Positions 20,221-32,704 of a stretch of 64,000 bases of DNA are shown piece by piece. The translations under genes were made by a program, and so were the position numbers. The stretch spans positions 2,513 through 66,512 of the forward strand of contig JBDRCE010000031.1 in assembly GCA_043822005.1 (NCBI GenBank), read 5' to 3'. The stretch is from Pseudomonadota bacterium (lineage in GTDB: Bacteria > Pseudomonadota > Alphaproteobacteria > Rhizobiales > Rhizobiaceae). How positions within the stretch are numbered: position 1 is the stretch's first letter; each line of letters opens with the position of its first letter. The notes beneath the pieces are model-generated. The model saw only the letters and a program-made list of their open reading frames with translations. It ran no database searches and had not been told where the DNA came from.

Positions 20221-21243
20221 TCAATCCCCTTCCGACGCGACCACCGTCTCGACGGGCGCGACGAGCTTCCATGTCACTCGGTCGGCTTCGCGCTTCATGG
20301 TCGCGTGACCGGCAAGGGCCTGTGGAGCCACCCGTTGCAGCACGACCGTGCCGAAGCCTTTGCGCGACGTGTCGAAGCGCCGTTCACCCGCCATCGGCGG
20401 AAATCGTTCGTCCCAGGTCAGGTGAAGATCGTTGAGCCCGTCCGGCCTCGCGGCAATCTTCCAGTCGATCTCCAGCCGGCCGGCATCGGACGAAAGCGCG
20501 CCATATTTAGCGGAGTTCGTGCCGAGTTCATGCAACGCCATGCCGAGGTGTTGCACGGCGTTGGCGCTCAGCCTTATTGCCGGCCCCTCGATCCTGGTCT
20601 GGTTCTCCCTGCCGAAGGGCTTCAAGTGCTCCTCGACCAGTTCGGAAAGCGACGCGCCGACCCAATCCGAATTGACCAGAAGGTCATGTGAACGCGACAG
20701 CGCCATGATGCGATCCCGGACGCGCTGCTCGAATTCCTGGGGATCCGTGGTGCGCCTGCCCGTCTCGCGCACCATGGAAAGGATGACGGCGAACTGGTTC
20801 TTCACCCGATGGTTCACCTCGCGCATCAGCAGGCGGATGCGCCGTTCGCTCTCCTTGGCGGCGGTGATGTCCCGGGCGATCTTCGAAGCCCCGACGATCT
20901 GGCCGCTCGACCCGCGTATCGGCGACACGGTCAGCGATACGGGCACCCGCGTACCGTCCTTGCGGACGCGGATCGTATCGAAGCTCGGCATCGGCTCGCC
21001 ACGGCGTATCCGGGCCATGATCTCGGTCTCCTCCGCGTGCCGGTCCTCCGGAATGAGCATCAGGACAGAGCACCCGATCGCCTCCTCGGCGGTGTAGCCG
21101 AACAAACGCTCCGCCGCGCGGTTCCAGCTGGTAATGATGCTGTTCAGATCCTTGCTGACGATGGCGTCAAACGAGGAATCGACGATCGCGGCAAGATAGG
21201 CGTCCGCCGTCGCCGAAGACATGGGAACATCAACGGTTTTCAT
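20221..21243 (-). CDS. PAS-domain HWE/HisKA_2-type sensor histidine kinase
   Basis: PAS S-box (IITSWNRAAERLFGYTAEEAIG) followed by the REVNHRVKNQFAVILSMV H-box typical of HWE kinases. Confidence 0.9.
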   Translation of the reverse strand: MKTVDVPMSSATADAYLAAIVDSSFDAIVSKDLNSIITSWNRAAERLFGYTAEEAIGCSVLMLIPEDRHAEETEIMARIRRGEPMPSFDTIRVRKDGTRVPVSLTVSPIRGSSGQIVGASKIARDITAAKESERRIRLLMREVNHRVKNQFAVILSMVRETGRRTTDPQEFEQRVRDRIMALSRSHDLLVNSDWVGASLSELVEEHLKPFGRENQTRIEGPAIRLSANAVQHLGMALHELGTNSAKYGALSSDAGRLEIDWKIAARPDGLNDLHLTWDERFPPMAGERRFDTSRKGFGTVVLQRVAPQALAGHATMKREADRVTWKLVAPVETVVASEGD

Positions 21244-21305
21244 TGCTGCTGGTTAGACCCAGTCTCGACGCCCGGCAACTAAATATGACAACGTCGCCGG
21301 GCGGC

Positions 21306-22388
<1,083 letters not shown>

Positions 22389-23237
22389 TTACTTCTCCGA
22401 CTCCACGAGGCCTCTCACGAACCAGCGCTGCATCAGCACCACCACAAGGATCGGCGGCAGGATGGCGAGAACGCAGGTCACCATGACGAGGTGCCATTCG
22501 GTGTCCGCGTCGGCAAACGAGATCATCTTCCTGAGCGCGATGACGATCGTATTCATCTGGTTGTCGTTGGTGACGAGCAGCGGCCACAGATATTGCGTCC
22601 AGCCATAGATGAAGAGGATGACGAACAGCGCGGCGATGTTGGTGCGGCTCAGCGGCAGAAGGATGTCCTTGAAGAACCGCCAGGGTCCCGCGCCATCGAC
22701 GCGCGCGGCCTCGACCAGTTCGCCCGGGATGGTCAGGAAGAACTGCCGGAACAAGAGCGTCGCCGTCGCCGACGCCATCAGCGGCAAGGTGAGGCCGGTA
22801 TAGGTGTCGATCAGGCCGAGATCGACCATGACCTTGTAAGTCGGCAGGATGCGCACCTCGACCGGCAACATCAGCGTGATGAAGATCAGCCAGAAGGCCG
22901 TCATCCGGAACGGGAACTTGAAGAACACGATCGCGTAGGCCGAGAGGATGGAGATGCAGATCTTGCCGATCGCCACGGCCAGCGCGACGATCGTCGTGTT
23001 GAGGAGCAGCCGGTCGACCCCGACTCCGCCGATCCGGCCGATGCCGCCGAACAGCGCCTGCCAGTAGTTGGTGAAGAACTCCCCACCCGGGAGAAGCGGC
23101 AGCGGCGGGCGCAGTATAGTCTGCAGCGTGTGGGTGGACGCCACGAACGTGTAGTAGATTGGAAACGCGACCACGAGGATGCCCAGCACGAGCACCACAT
23201 GCGCGATCAGCCGGCGGATGGGTGCGTTCTCGATCAT
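22389..23237 (-). CDS. ugpE: sn-glycerol-3-phosphate ABC transporter permease
   Basis: Start MIENAPIRR at 23237, ATGA-overlapping the ugpA stop. MalG-type permease. Confidence 0.9.
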   Translation of the reverse strand: MIENAPIRRLIAHVVLVLGILVVAFPIYYTFVASTHTLQTILRPPLPLLPGGEFFTNYWQALFGGIGRIGGVGVDRLLLNTTIVALAVAIGKICISILSAYAIVFFKFPFRMTAFWLIFITLMLPVEVRILPTYKVMVDLGLIDTYTGLTLPLMASATATLLFRQFFLTIPGELVEAARVDGAGPWRFFKDILLPLSRTNIAALFVILFIYGWTQYLWPLLVTNDNQMNTIVIALRKMISFADADTEWHLVMVTCVLAILPPILVVVLMQRWFVRGLVESEK

Positions 23238-24154
23238 CCGTAGTGCACCCTGCGCTCGACATAGCGGAACTGCACCGCGGTCAGCGCGATGACGATCACC
23301 ATCAGGATCACCGACTGGGCGGCGCTGTCGCCAAGGATCAGGTTCACGAACCCGTCGGAATAGACCTTGTAGACCAGCGTCTCGGTCGCCTTGCCCGGCC
23401 CGCCGCCGGTGACGGCGTGGACGATGCCGAACGTGTCGAAGAAGGCGTAGACCGTGTTGATGACCAGCAGGAAGAAGGTCGTCGGCGCGAGCAGCGGGAA
23501 GACGATCGTCCAGAACCGCTTGGTCGGCCCCGCCCCGTCGATCGCCGCCGCTTCGATCAAAGATTTCGGGATCGCCTGCAGGCCGGCGACGAAGAACAGG
23601 AAATTGTAGCTGATCTGCTTCCAGGCGGCCGCCGAGACCAGCAGAACCATCGCCTGGTTGCCGTTCAGAAGCGGATCCCAGTTGTAGCCGGTCGCGCGCA
23701 GCATGTAGGCGAAGCTGCCCATCGTCGGGTTGAACATGAACAGCCAGAGCATGCCGGCGATCGCCGGGGCCACCGCATAGGGCCAGATCAGCAGCGTCCG
23801 GTAGACGCCGCGCCCGCGCACGACCCGGTCGGCCATGACCGCCAAGATCAGCGCCACGCCCATCGAGATGATCGCGGTCGACGCGGAGAACACGACCGTC
23901 ACCTTGAGCGAATTGAGGTAGTTCGGGTCGTTCAAGACCTTGGCGAAGTTCTGGAACCAGACGAATTTCGTCTTCAGTCCGAACGGGTCCTCCCGCAGCA
24001 TCGACTGGTAGAGCGCCTGGCTGGCGGGCCAGTAGAAGAAGACGAGCGTGATGGCGAGCTGCGGCGCAAGCAGCAGGTAAGGCAGGATCTTGTTCGGGAA
24101 GGTTACGCGTGGGGACAAGGCGGATCCACCGTGCTGACGGCTGCAAAGAGGCAA
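23234..24154 (-). CDS. ugpA: sn-glycerol-3-phosphate ABC transporter permease
   Basis: MalF-type permease with the [13 protein letters not shown] loop. The exact start may lie slightly downstream of 24154. Confidence 0.88.
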   Translation of the reverse strand: MPLCSRQHGGSALSPRVTFPNKILPYLLLAPQLAITLVFFYWPASQALYQSMLREDPFGLKTKFVWFQNFAKVLNDPNYLNSLKVTVVFSASTAIISMGVALILAVMADRVVRGRGVYRTLLIWPYAVAPAIAGMLWLFMFNPTMGSFAYMLRATGYNWDPLLNGNQAMVLLVSAAAWKQISYNFLFFVAGLQAIPKSLIEAAAIDGAGPTKRFWTIVFPLLAPTTFFLLVINTVYAFFDTFGIVHAVTGGGPGKATETLVYKVYSDGFVNLILGDSAAQSVILMVIVIALTAVQFRYVERRVHYG

Positions 24155-24193
24155 CGGGCCGCAAGACGCGGCCCGTGCCGAAGCATCAGTTCG

Positions 24194-25510
24194 TCAGTTG
24201 CCGATCGCCTGCTGGATAGCCTCGTTGCCGCGCTTGACCGCGTTGTCGAGAGCCTGCTGGGCGGTCTGATCGCCGGCCAGCATCTTCTCGAACTCCTCGT
24301 TCTGGATGTCGCGCACCTGAGGCAGGTTGACGAGGCGGACGCCGCGCGAATTCTCGGTCGGCTCCTTGCCCATCATCTGGGTGATCGGGATCTTGCGGCC
24401 CGGGTTCTTCTCGTAGAAGCCGGAATCCTCGGTCGCCTTGAATGCTGCCATGGTCACCGGCAGATAGCCGGATACCTGGTGCAGGCGCGACTGGATCTCG
24501 GTCTGCGACAGGAAGTTGAAGAACGCCGCGACGCCCTTGTATTCCTCATCCGACTTGCCGCCGAAGACCCACAGGCTCGCACCACCGGGGATCGTGTTCT
24601 GCGGCGCGCCCTGGAGATCCGGATAATAGGGCAGCTGGCCGAGCCCGTATTTGATGCCGGACTTGATCACGTCGCCGAGGCCACCCGACGATTCCGTGAA
24701 GATCCCGCACTCCTGGCTGAGGAAGAGCTGCTTGGCCTCCGAGGTGCGGCCGCCGTAGCGGAACACGCCTTCCTTGGCGAGGTCGGCGATCGTCTGGAAG
24801 TGCTTCACGAAGGGTTCGGCGTTGATCTTCAGCTCGACGTCGGTCGAGGCGAGGCCGTTCTCATGCGTCGCGTATTGCAGGTTGTTCCAGGCCGAAAAGT
24901 TCTCCAGCCCGATCCACGTGAGCCAGGTCGACGTCAGGCCGCAGGCGGCGGCGCCGCTGGTCTTGATCTTGCGCGCGGCCTCGAACACTTCCGGCCAGGT
25001 CTTCGGCGGGTTTTCCGCGTCGAGACCGGCTTTCGCGAAGATGTCCTTGTTGTAGTAGAGGATCGGCGAGGACGAGTTGTACGGGAACGACAGCATGGTG
25101 CCGTCCGGCTTCGAATAATAGGCGACGATGCCGGGCAGGTACTGGCTCTTGTCGAAAGTGGCGCCGCCCATCGACAGGATCTCGGCGACGGGCTTCACCG
25201 CGCCTTCCGCGGCCATCATCACGCCGGTGCCGACGTCGAAGACCTGGATGATGTGGGGCGGCTGCTTGGCGCGGAACGCGGCGATGCCGGCGTTCAGCGT
25301 TTCCGGATAGGTGCCCTTGAACACGGGCGTGACCTTGTACTCGGACTGGCTCTCGTTGAACTCCTTGGAGAGCGTTTCGACGACCTCATTGTTGGCGCCG
25401 GTCATCGCGTGCCACCAGGAGATTTCGGTGACGGCGAAGGCCGAGCCGGACATGAGCGGCAGCGCGGTCAGCGCCGTAGCGAGCGAAAGCAGTGTGGGGA
25501 CTCTCATCAT
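24194..25510 (-). CDS. ugpB: sn-glycerol-3-phosphate-binding periplasmic protein
   Basis: Start MMRVPTLLSLATALTALPLMSGSAFA (signal). EISWWHAMTG...AGIAAFRAKQPPHIIQVFDVGTG resembles E. coli UgpB. Confidence 0.9.
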   Translation of the reverse strand: MMRVPTLLSLATALTALPLMSGSAFAVTEISWWHAMTGANNEVVETLSKEFNESQSEYKVTPVFKGTYPETLNAGIAAFRAKQPPHIIQVFDVGTGVMMAAEGAVKPVAEILSMGGATFDKSQYLPGIVAYYSKPDGTMLSFPYNSSSPILYYNKDIFAKAGLDAENPPKTWPEVFEAARKIKTSGAAACGLTSTWLTWIGLENFSAWNNLQYATHENGLASTDVELKINAEPFVKHFQTIADLAKEGVFRYGGRTSEAKQLFLSQECGIFTESSGGLGDVIKSGIKYGLGQLPYYPDLQGAPQNTIPGGASLWVFGGKSDEEYKGVAAFFNFLSQTEIQSRLHQVSGYLPVTMAAFKATEDSGFYEKNPGRKIPITQMMGKEPTENSRGVRLVNLPQVRDIQNEEFEKMLAGDQTAQQALDNAVKRGNEAIQQAIGN

Positions 25511-25649
25511 TTCTCTCCCGTAAGATAGCCGGTTGAAGACCGGTCGTATTTGGTCGTGCTTTGTTACGGGGGGATGACAACATGCGTGGCTACGCATGTC
25601 CATATCAAATGTTCGGTCCTGTTTCGCTCCTGCTTCGGCTAGGTTCCAA

Positions 25650-26285
25650 TCAGCCGCCGAACGCCGTGTGATGCGCCGGCTTCCAATCCATTCCGACATA
25701 GCCGGGCGCGGCCCGGACGCGATCGAGCCAGGCTGTGACATGGGGGAACTTCCCCATATCATAGCCGGCTATATGCGCGTCTTGGGTGTAGACGTAGAGC
25801 GCGATGTCGGCGACGCTGATCGAATCGTCCACGAGCCAGGGCGTTCGGGCGAGCTGAGTTTCCATGACGCCCAGCGCCTTGTTTCCGCCCTCCAGAAGCG
25901 CCGCCATGCGTTCGGGCGTCGCCTGCGCGGCCCGCTCGGGGTAGAGGATCAGCGACCGTCGCACCGCGATGAGCGGCTCGTGGCTGTACTGCTCGAAGAA
26001 GAGCCACTGATGGACGAGTGCGCGCTGGTACGGATCGGACGGAACGAAGCGCGTCCCCTCGCCCAGGTAGAGAAGGATGGCATTTGACTCGGCGAGGAAC
26101 CGCCCGTCCTCGAGTTCAAGCAGCGGCACCTTCCCGTTGGCGTTCTTCGCCAGGTAGGCAGGCGAACGGGTCGTGCCGTCGCGCGAACTCGTCTCGACAT
26201 GCTCGAACGGCCGGCCGAGCATCGCCATCAGGAGCCGCGGCTTGTAGCAGTTGCCGCTGTCGAGCATCCCGTAGATCCGCATCAT
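25650..26285 (-). CDS. Glutathione S-transferase family protein
   Basis: GNCYKPRLLM...GKVPLLELEDGRFLAESNAILLYL thioredoxin-like GST N-domain. Confidence 0.88.
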   Translation of the reverse strand: MMRIYGMLDSGNCYKPRLLMAMLGRPFEHVETSSRDGTTRSPAYLAKNANGKVPLLELEDGRFLAESNAILLYLGEGTRFVPSDPYQRALVHQWLFFEQYSHEPLIAVRRSLILYPERAAQATPERMAALLEGGNKALGVMETQLARTPWLVDDSISVADIALYVYTQDAHIAGYDMGKFPHVTAWLDRVRAAPGYVGMDWKPAHHTAFGG

Positions 26286-26380
26286 CGCACCTTCTCCTGC
26301 TTCCCGGCGAGAATGTGCACATACGCCGACGAACAGACCAACGAGAAATGCTGACGCGAGCGATCAGCCGCGCTGATGCA

Positions 26381-27328
26381 TCATCTGCCTGAGCCGGTGT
26401 AGAGGCGCACGATCCGGTCGCTCGGACCGGTGAAGCGCTCTATCGGCTTGGGCTCGTCGTCGAAGACCGTGCCGGCGAGTGCCGGCCTGCCCAGCAGATA
26501 TCCCTGCAGGTAGTCGGCCCCGGTCTCGATGGCGGCGACGAACTGGGCCGGTGTCTCGAGCCCCTCGAAGATCACCATCGCGCCGTCCGCCTTGAAGCCG
26601 TCCGAAAGCCGGCGAAGCAGCCGGAGCGCTGCCGGTTCCTCGACGACCCGGCGAAAGAAGGCGCCGTCGAACTTGACGAATTCGGGCTCGACAGTCCTCA
26701 CCCGTCCGAGATTGGAATGCCCTGCGCCGAAATCGTCGATGGCAAGGCGCATGCCCAGACGCCGGATCTCCGCCGCCAGGCGGACGAACGCATCGTGGTC
26801 AAGCACATCGGTCTCGGTGATCTCGCAGACGAGCAGCCTTATGTCGACGCCGATCTTCTCGAGCCGGTCCGCCATGTAGGCGAGCTGCCGGACCGACTGG
26901 TCCAGATTGCCGTTCAACCGCGGATCGTAGTTGAAGAACATCTGGACGCCGGGGACGCCGATATTGTGGTAGTTGTGCAGATGCAGTGCCCGGCAGAGGG
27001 ACTCGACGCGAAAAGCGTCCTCCGGCAGAACCTGCGCGAAGAATTCGAGGGGCGGGATTGCAGCACCGTCGCGAAAGACCCGCGCCAGAGCCTCCACCGC
27101 CTGCGGAAACAGCAGTCCGTCGCGATGGCGCCAGATTTGCTGGTAGGCCGATTTCACGCGGAATTCGCCAAACTTAGCCGTGCGGATCCCGACTTCGTCG
27201 GCCGTAATATCGTCTGCAAACGTCAGGGGGCGGGACAAGTCCGGCTCCGCATCTGGATTGGTCCGTCGCGGCAATTTCGGTCGCCGCGATCGGTTCTGCC
27301 GTGAAATATCGAGCGGAATTGTTTGCAA
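26381..27328 (-). CDS. Stand-alone EAL-domain protein (c-di-GMP phosphodiesterase-like)
   Basis: AVEALAR, CEITETD, AIDDFGAGHSNL, KFDG, FEGLET and LQGYL motifs. Confidence 0.85.
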   Translation of the reverse strand: MQTIPLDISRQNRSRRPKLPRRTNPDAEPDLSRPLTFADDITADEVGIRTAKFGEFRVKSAYQQIWRHRDGLLFPQAVEALARVFRDGAAIPPLEFFAQVLPEDAFRVESLCRALHLHNYHNIGVPGVQMFFNYDPRLNGNLDQSVRQLAYMADRLEKIGVDIRLLVCEITETDVLDHDAFVRLAAEIRRLGMRLAIDDFGAGHSNLGRVRTVEPEFVKFDGAFFRRVVEEPAALRLLRRLSDGFKADGAMVIFEGLETPAQFVAAIETGADYLQGYLLGRPALAGTVFDDEPKPIERFTGPSDRIVRLYTGSGR

Positions 27329-27365
27329 CAGGTGAATTCCAGCCGCCCGACCGATTTACTCAGCG

Positions 27366-29629
<2,264 letters not shown>

Positions 29630-29728
29630 GAGTTTCGGCGGGCGGCAGCTTCGGTTCTGCCGCCTGTCTCTCCGCGCCATCGGATTGCCATCAAGCCGCA
29701 ATCATGTAGCTTCCGCGGCGGCAACGGG

Positions 29729-32614
29729 ATGTGGCTGGAAATGATGGCACGCTGGAACGACGTCCTGGCGCGTTGGGCGATCCTTGCGATCGTGACGCTG
29801 CTATCGACGGCCGCGGTTGCGCAGGAAAAGGCCCTAAAGGGCGTGGCGCTGGTGATCGGCCAGTCTCAATACGCCTCGCTTGCCCCCCTCCCCAACCCGG
29901 CCAACGATGCGCGTTCGATCGCCGCCCTCCTCGAAAATCTCGGCTTCGACGTCGATACGCTGATGGATGCCGACGCCGCGCGCCTCTCGGGCGCCGTCGC
30001 GAAATTCGAGACGGACGCCGCCGGCGCGGACGTCGCGTTGGTCTACTATTCCGGTCATGGCGTCGAGGCGGGAGGCGAGAACTTCCTCGTTCCGATCGAT
30101 GCCGCGGCCTCCGAACCCAAAGGTTTCGCTTCCGCCACCAGGCTCCTGGAAAGACTCCAGAAAACCGTTCCCGTCGCGATCATCCTGCTCGATGCCTGCC
30201 GCGACAATCCATTTCCGCCGAATGCAACGCTGGTCGACGACAACGGCAGGCCGCAGCCGATCGCGGCGGCTGGCCTCGGCGCCACCCGCGGCGTGACGCG
30301 CTTTGCCTCCGACCCCGGCAAGGCGGACTCCGTCGGCGCGATCATCGGCTTCGCTGCGGAGCCGGGCAAGGTGGCGCTGGATGGCGAACCGGGCGGCGGA
30401 AGCCCCTATGCCGCTGCCCTGCTGAAGCATCTCGCCGCCGGCGGCTTCCATTTCGCCGACATCATGACCATGGTGACGGAGGAAGTGTATCTCCGGTCCG
30501 GCGGTCGCCAGGTTCCATGGACGAACGCCAGCCTGCGCCGCCAACTCTATTTCGGCCGCGTCGCCGAACCCAGCGCGGGCGACGAGACGCTGATCAAATC
30601 CGAGCGCCGCGGCCTCCTCCTCACCATCGCATCGCTCAGCCTGACAGATCGCGCGCAGGTCGCGGCCGTCGCTCGCGAGGAAGGCGTGCCGATGGACGTC
30701 CTCTTCGCCTCGCTGCGTGCGGCAGGCGATCAGGCGCGGCGTGCCCCCGACGAGTTCGACCGGATGCTGCGCGAACAGGGGCGGCACGCGAAGGAGCGTC
30801 TGCTGGGATCCGGAGCAACGCTCGGCGACCCGGAGCTTGCCCGCCTGGCGGCCCTTGCCGACGAGGCCGTGCGCGAAGGCGCGCTCGACGCGGCGACCGA
30901 GTTCCACGGCAAGGCGCGCGCCCGGATGGAGGCGCTGTCGGCCGGATTGACCGCCGTCGAGGCCGGCACGGCTGCGCTCCGCAAGGAGCGCGCGGCGGTC
31001 TACGCCGCGAGCGCGGCGACGTGGCTGCTGAAATTCGAGCACGCCAGGGCGGCGCACGACTATGCCCGCGCCTTTGCCGAGATCGAGCGCGCCGACGATC
31101 AACTTGCACTCGCCTACAAGCTCGCCCAGGCAAAAGCCCTCGCCGACCAGGGATATTATCGGGCCGACAACGCGGCGCTGGATGCCGGCATCGAGGCCTT
31201 CCGCGACGCGGCCGATCTCGCCCCACTGCGCCGCAGCCCACTGAACTGGCTCAGGGCGCAGGCGGGACTCGGCAACGCGCTCGCCACGCGAGGCGACCGG
31301 GAGGCTGACGGCGCGCGCCTGACCGAGGCGATCGAGACGCTGCGGGACGCGATCGCGGCGGCGCCCGCCGACACTCCCGTCGACGTGCTGGTCGATCTCA
31401 GGTCCGAATACGCCTACGCGCTGCTTCTCGCCGGTATGCGCGAGACGGGCATAGACCGACTCGACCAGGCCTCGATGGTGCTGGGCGAAGCGGCGACCGC
31501 CGTCCCCATGGACAAGGAGCCCGCTCGCTGGGGCCGGCTGATGCACCGCATGGCGGCCGTCCAGTATGAGATCGGCCGCCGCACCGCCGACCTGAACACG
31601 CTGGAGGCGGCGCTCGGCGCCGCCGACGCCGCGCTCCAGGTTCGCACCCGCGATGCTTTTCCCCTCGATTGGATGAGCACCCAGAACAACCGCGCGATCA
31701 TCCTGTCCGAGCTTGCCGCGCGCGGCGCCGGCAACGAGCGGATCGAGGAAGCGGTCAAGGCTTACCGTGATGTTCTCGAAGTCGGTACACGGGAGCGCGG
31801 GCCGTTGCTCTGGGCGGAGACGGTGTCGAATCTCGGCACCGCGCAGGCGCTGCTTGCGGAACGAACCGGGAGCCAGGCCGACCTCGACGCGGCGCTCTCG
31901 TCGTTCAGGCTCGCTGCCGAAGAGATGACGCGCGAACGCGCGCCGCTGCGCTGGGCGGCGCTGCAGGACAATATCGGCATCGCACTTCGCCGTCAGGGGG
32001 AGAAGAAGGCCAATCCAGCCTTCCTGAAAGCCGCGGTCGAAGCCTTCGAGCAAGCGTTGCAGGAGCGTCGGCGCGAGGTCGTCCCCGCCGAATGGGCGGC
32101 GACGAGCGGGCACCTTGCCAGCGCCTACTGGAACCTCGCGCAGGTGTCGAAGGATCCCGCGGCGTTGGAGCAGGCGATCGCAGCAGCCCGCGACGCCGCC
32201 GAGGCAACGCCGCGCGACACGCTCCCGAGCGACTGGGCGATGCTGCGCAACAATCTCGGCGGCATGCTCGCCGAGCTCGCGGCGATGAAAGGCGATGCCG
32301 CGCTCTACGTGCAGGCCGCTGACGAATACCGCAAGGCGCTCGAAGTGTTCAATCCCGACGACGCCGCCTTCGACTGGGCGCGCGCGACGGGTGCGCTGGG
32401 CGAGACGCTGCTGGAAGCCGGCAAGCTCGGCAAGGATTCCGCTCTGCTCCAGCAGGCCAAGGAGACTCTCGACGCGACAGTCGAGATCTGGAAAGTGTTC
32501 GGCGACGAGAAGCGGACCCGCGCGGCCGAACTGCTCGCCGGCGAGGCGCAACTGGCGTTGCTGTCGCTCGACGTCGACAAACGGCTGAAGGAGGCCAGCG
32601 GCGCGAAGAACTGA
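29729..32614 (+). CDS. Exported caspase-family (peptidase C14) protein with C-terminal TPR-like array
   Basis: Signal-like N-terminus ending AAVAQE. YYSGHGVEAGGENFLVPIDA (His) and AIILLDACRDNPF (Cys) dyad. Repeated P-L-x-W-A-x-x-x-N-L-G motifs. Confidence 0.85.
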   Translation: MWLEMMARWNDVLARWAILAIVTLLSTAAVAQEKALKGVALVIGQSQYASLAPLPNPANDARSIAALLENLGFDVDTLMDADAARLSGAVAKFETDAAGADVALVYYSGHGVEAGGENFLVPIDAAASEPKGFASATRLLERLQKTVPVAIILLDACRDNPFPPNATLVDDNGRPQPIAAAGLGATRGVTRFASDPGKADSVGAIIGFAAEPGKVALDGEPGGGSPYAAALLKHLAAGGFHFADIMTMVTEEVYLRSGGRQVPWTNASLRRQLYFGRVAEPSAGDETLIKSERRGLLLTIASLSLTDRAQVAAVAREEGVPMDVLFASLRAAGDQARRAPDEFDRMLREQGRHAKERLLGSGATLGDPELARLAALADEAVREGALDAATEFHGKARARMEALSAGLTAVEAGTAALRKERAAVYAASAATWLLKFEHARAAHDYARAFAEIERADDQLALAYKLAQAKALADQGYYRADNAALDAGIEAFRDAADLAPLRRSPLNWLRAQAGLGNALATRGDREADGARLTEAIETLRDAIAAAPADTPVDVLVDLRSEYAYALLLAGMRETGIDRLDQASMVLGEAATAVPMDKEPARWGRLMHRMAAVQYEIGRRTADLNTLEAALGAADAALQVRTRDAFPLDWMSTQNNRAIILSELAARGAGNERIEEAVKAYRDVLEVGTRERGPLLWAETVSNLGTAQALLAERTGSQADLDAALSSFRLAAEEMTRERAPLRWAALQDNIGIALRRQGEKKANPAFLKAAVEAFEQALQERRREVVPAEWAATSGHLASAYWNLAQVSKDPAALEQAIAAARDAAEATPRDTLPSDWAMLRNNLGGMLAELAAMKGDAALYVQAADEYRKALEVFNPDDAAFDWARATGALGETLLEAGKLGKDSALLQQAKETLDATVEIWKVFGDEKRTRAAELLAGEAQLALLSLDVDKRLKEASGAKN

Positions 32615-32704
32615 CCGGCTGACCGAGGAGTTGCCCCTTAGTCATCCGCATGCCACGATCCGCAGGGCTTATGGGTACGGGTTCTCGGGAATGCGGGCGG
32701 CAGG

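Noticed and set aside
29834-32551. 905-aa ORF antisense to the first caspase-TPR gene.
   Set aside because: The sense strand encodes the clear caspase dyad and TPR repeats. The antisense translation has no motifs and a typical high-GC artefact composition.
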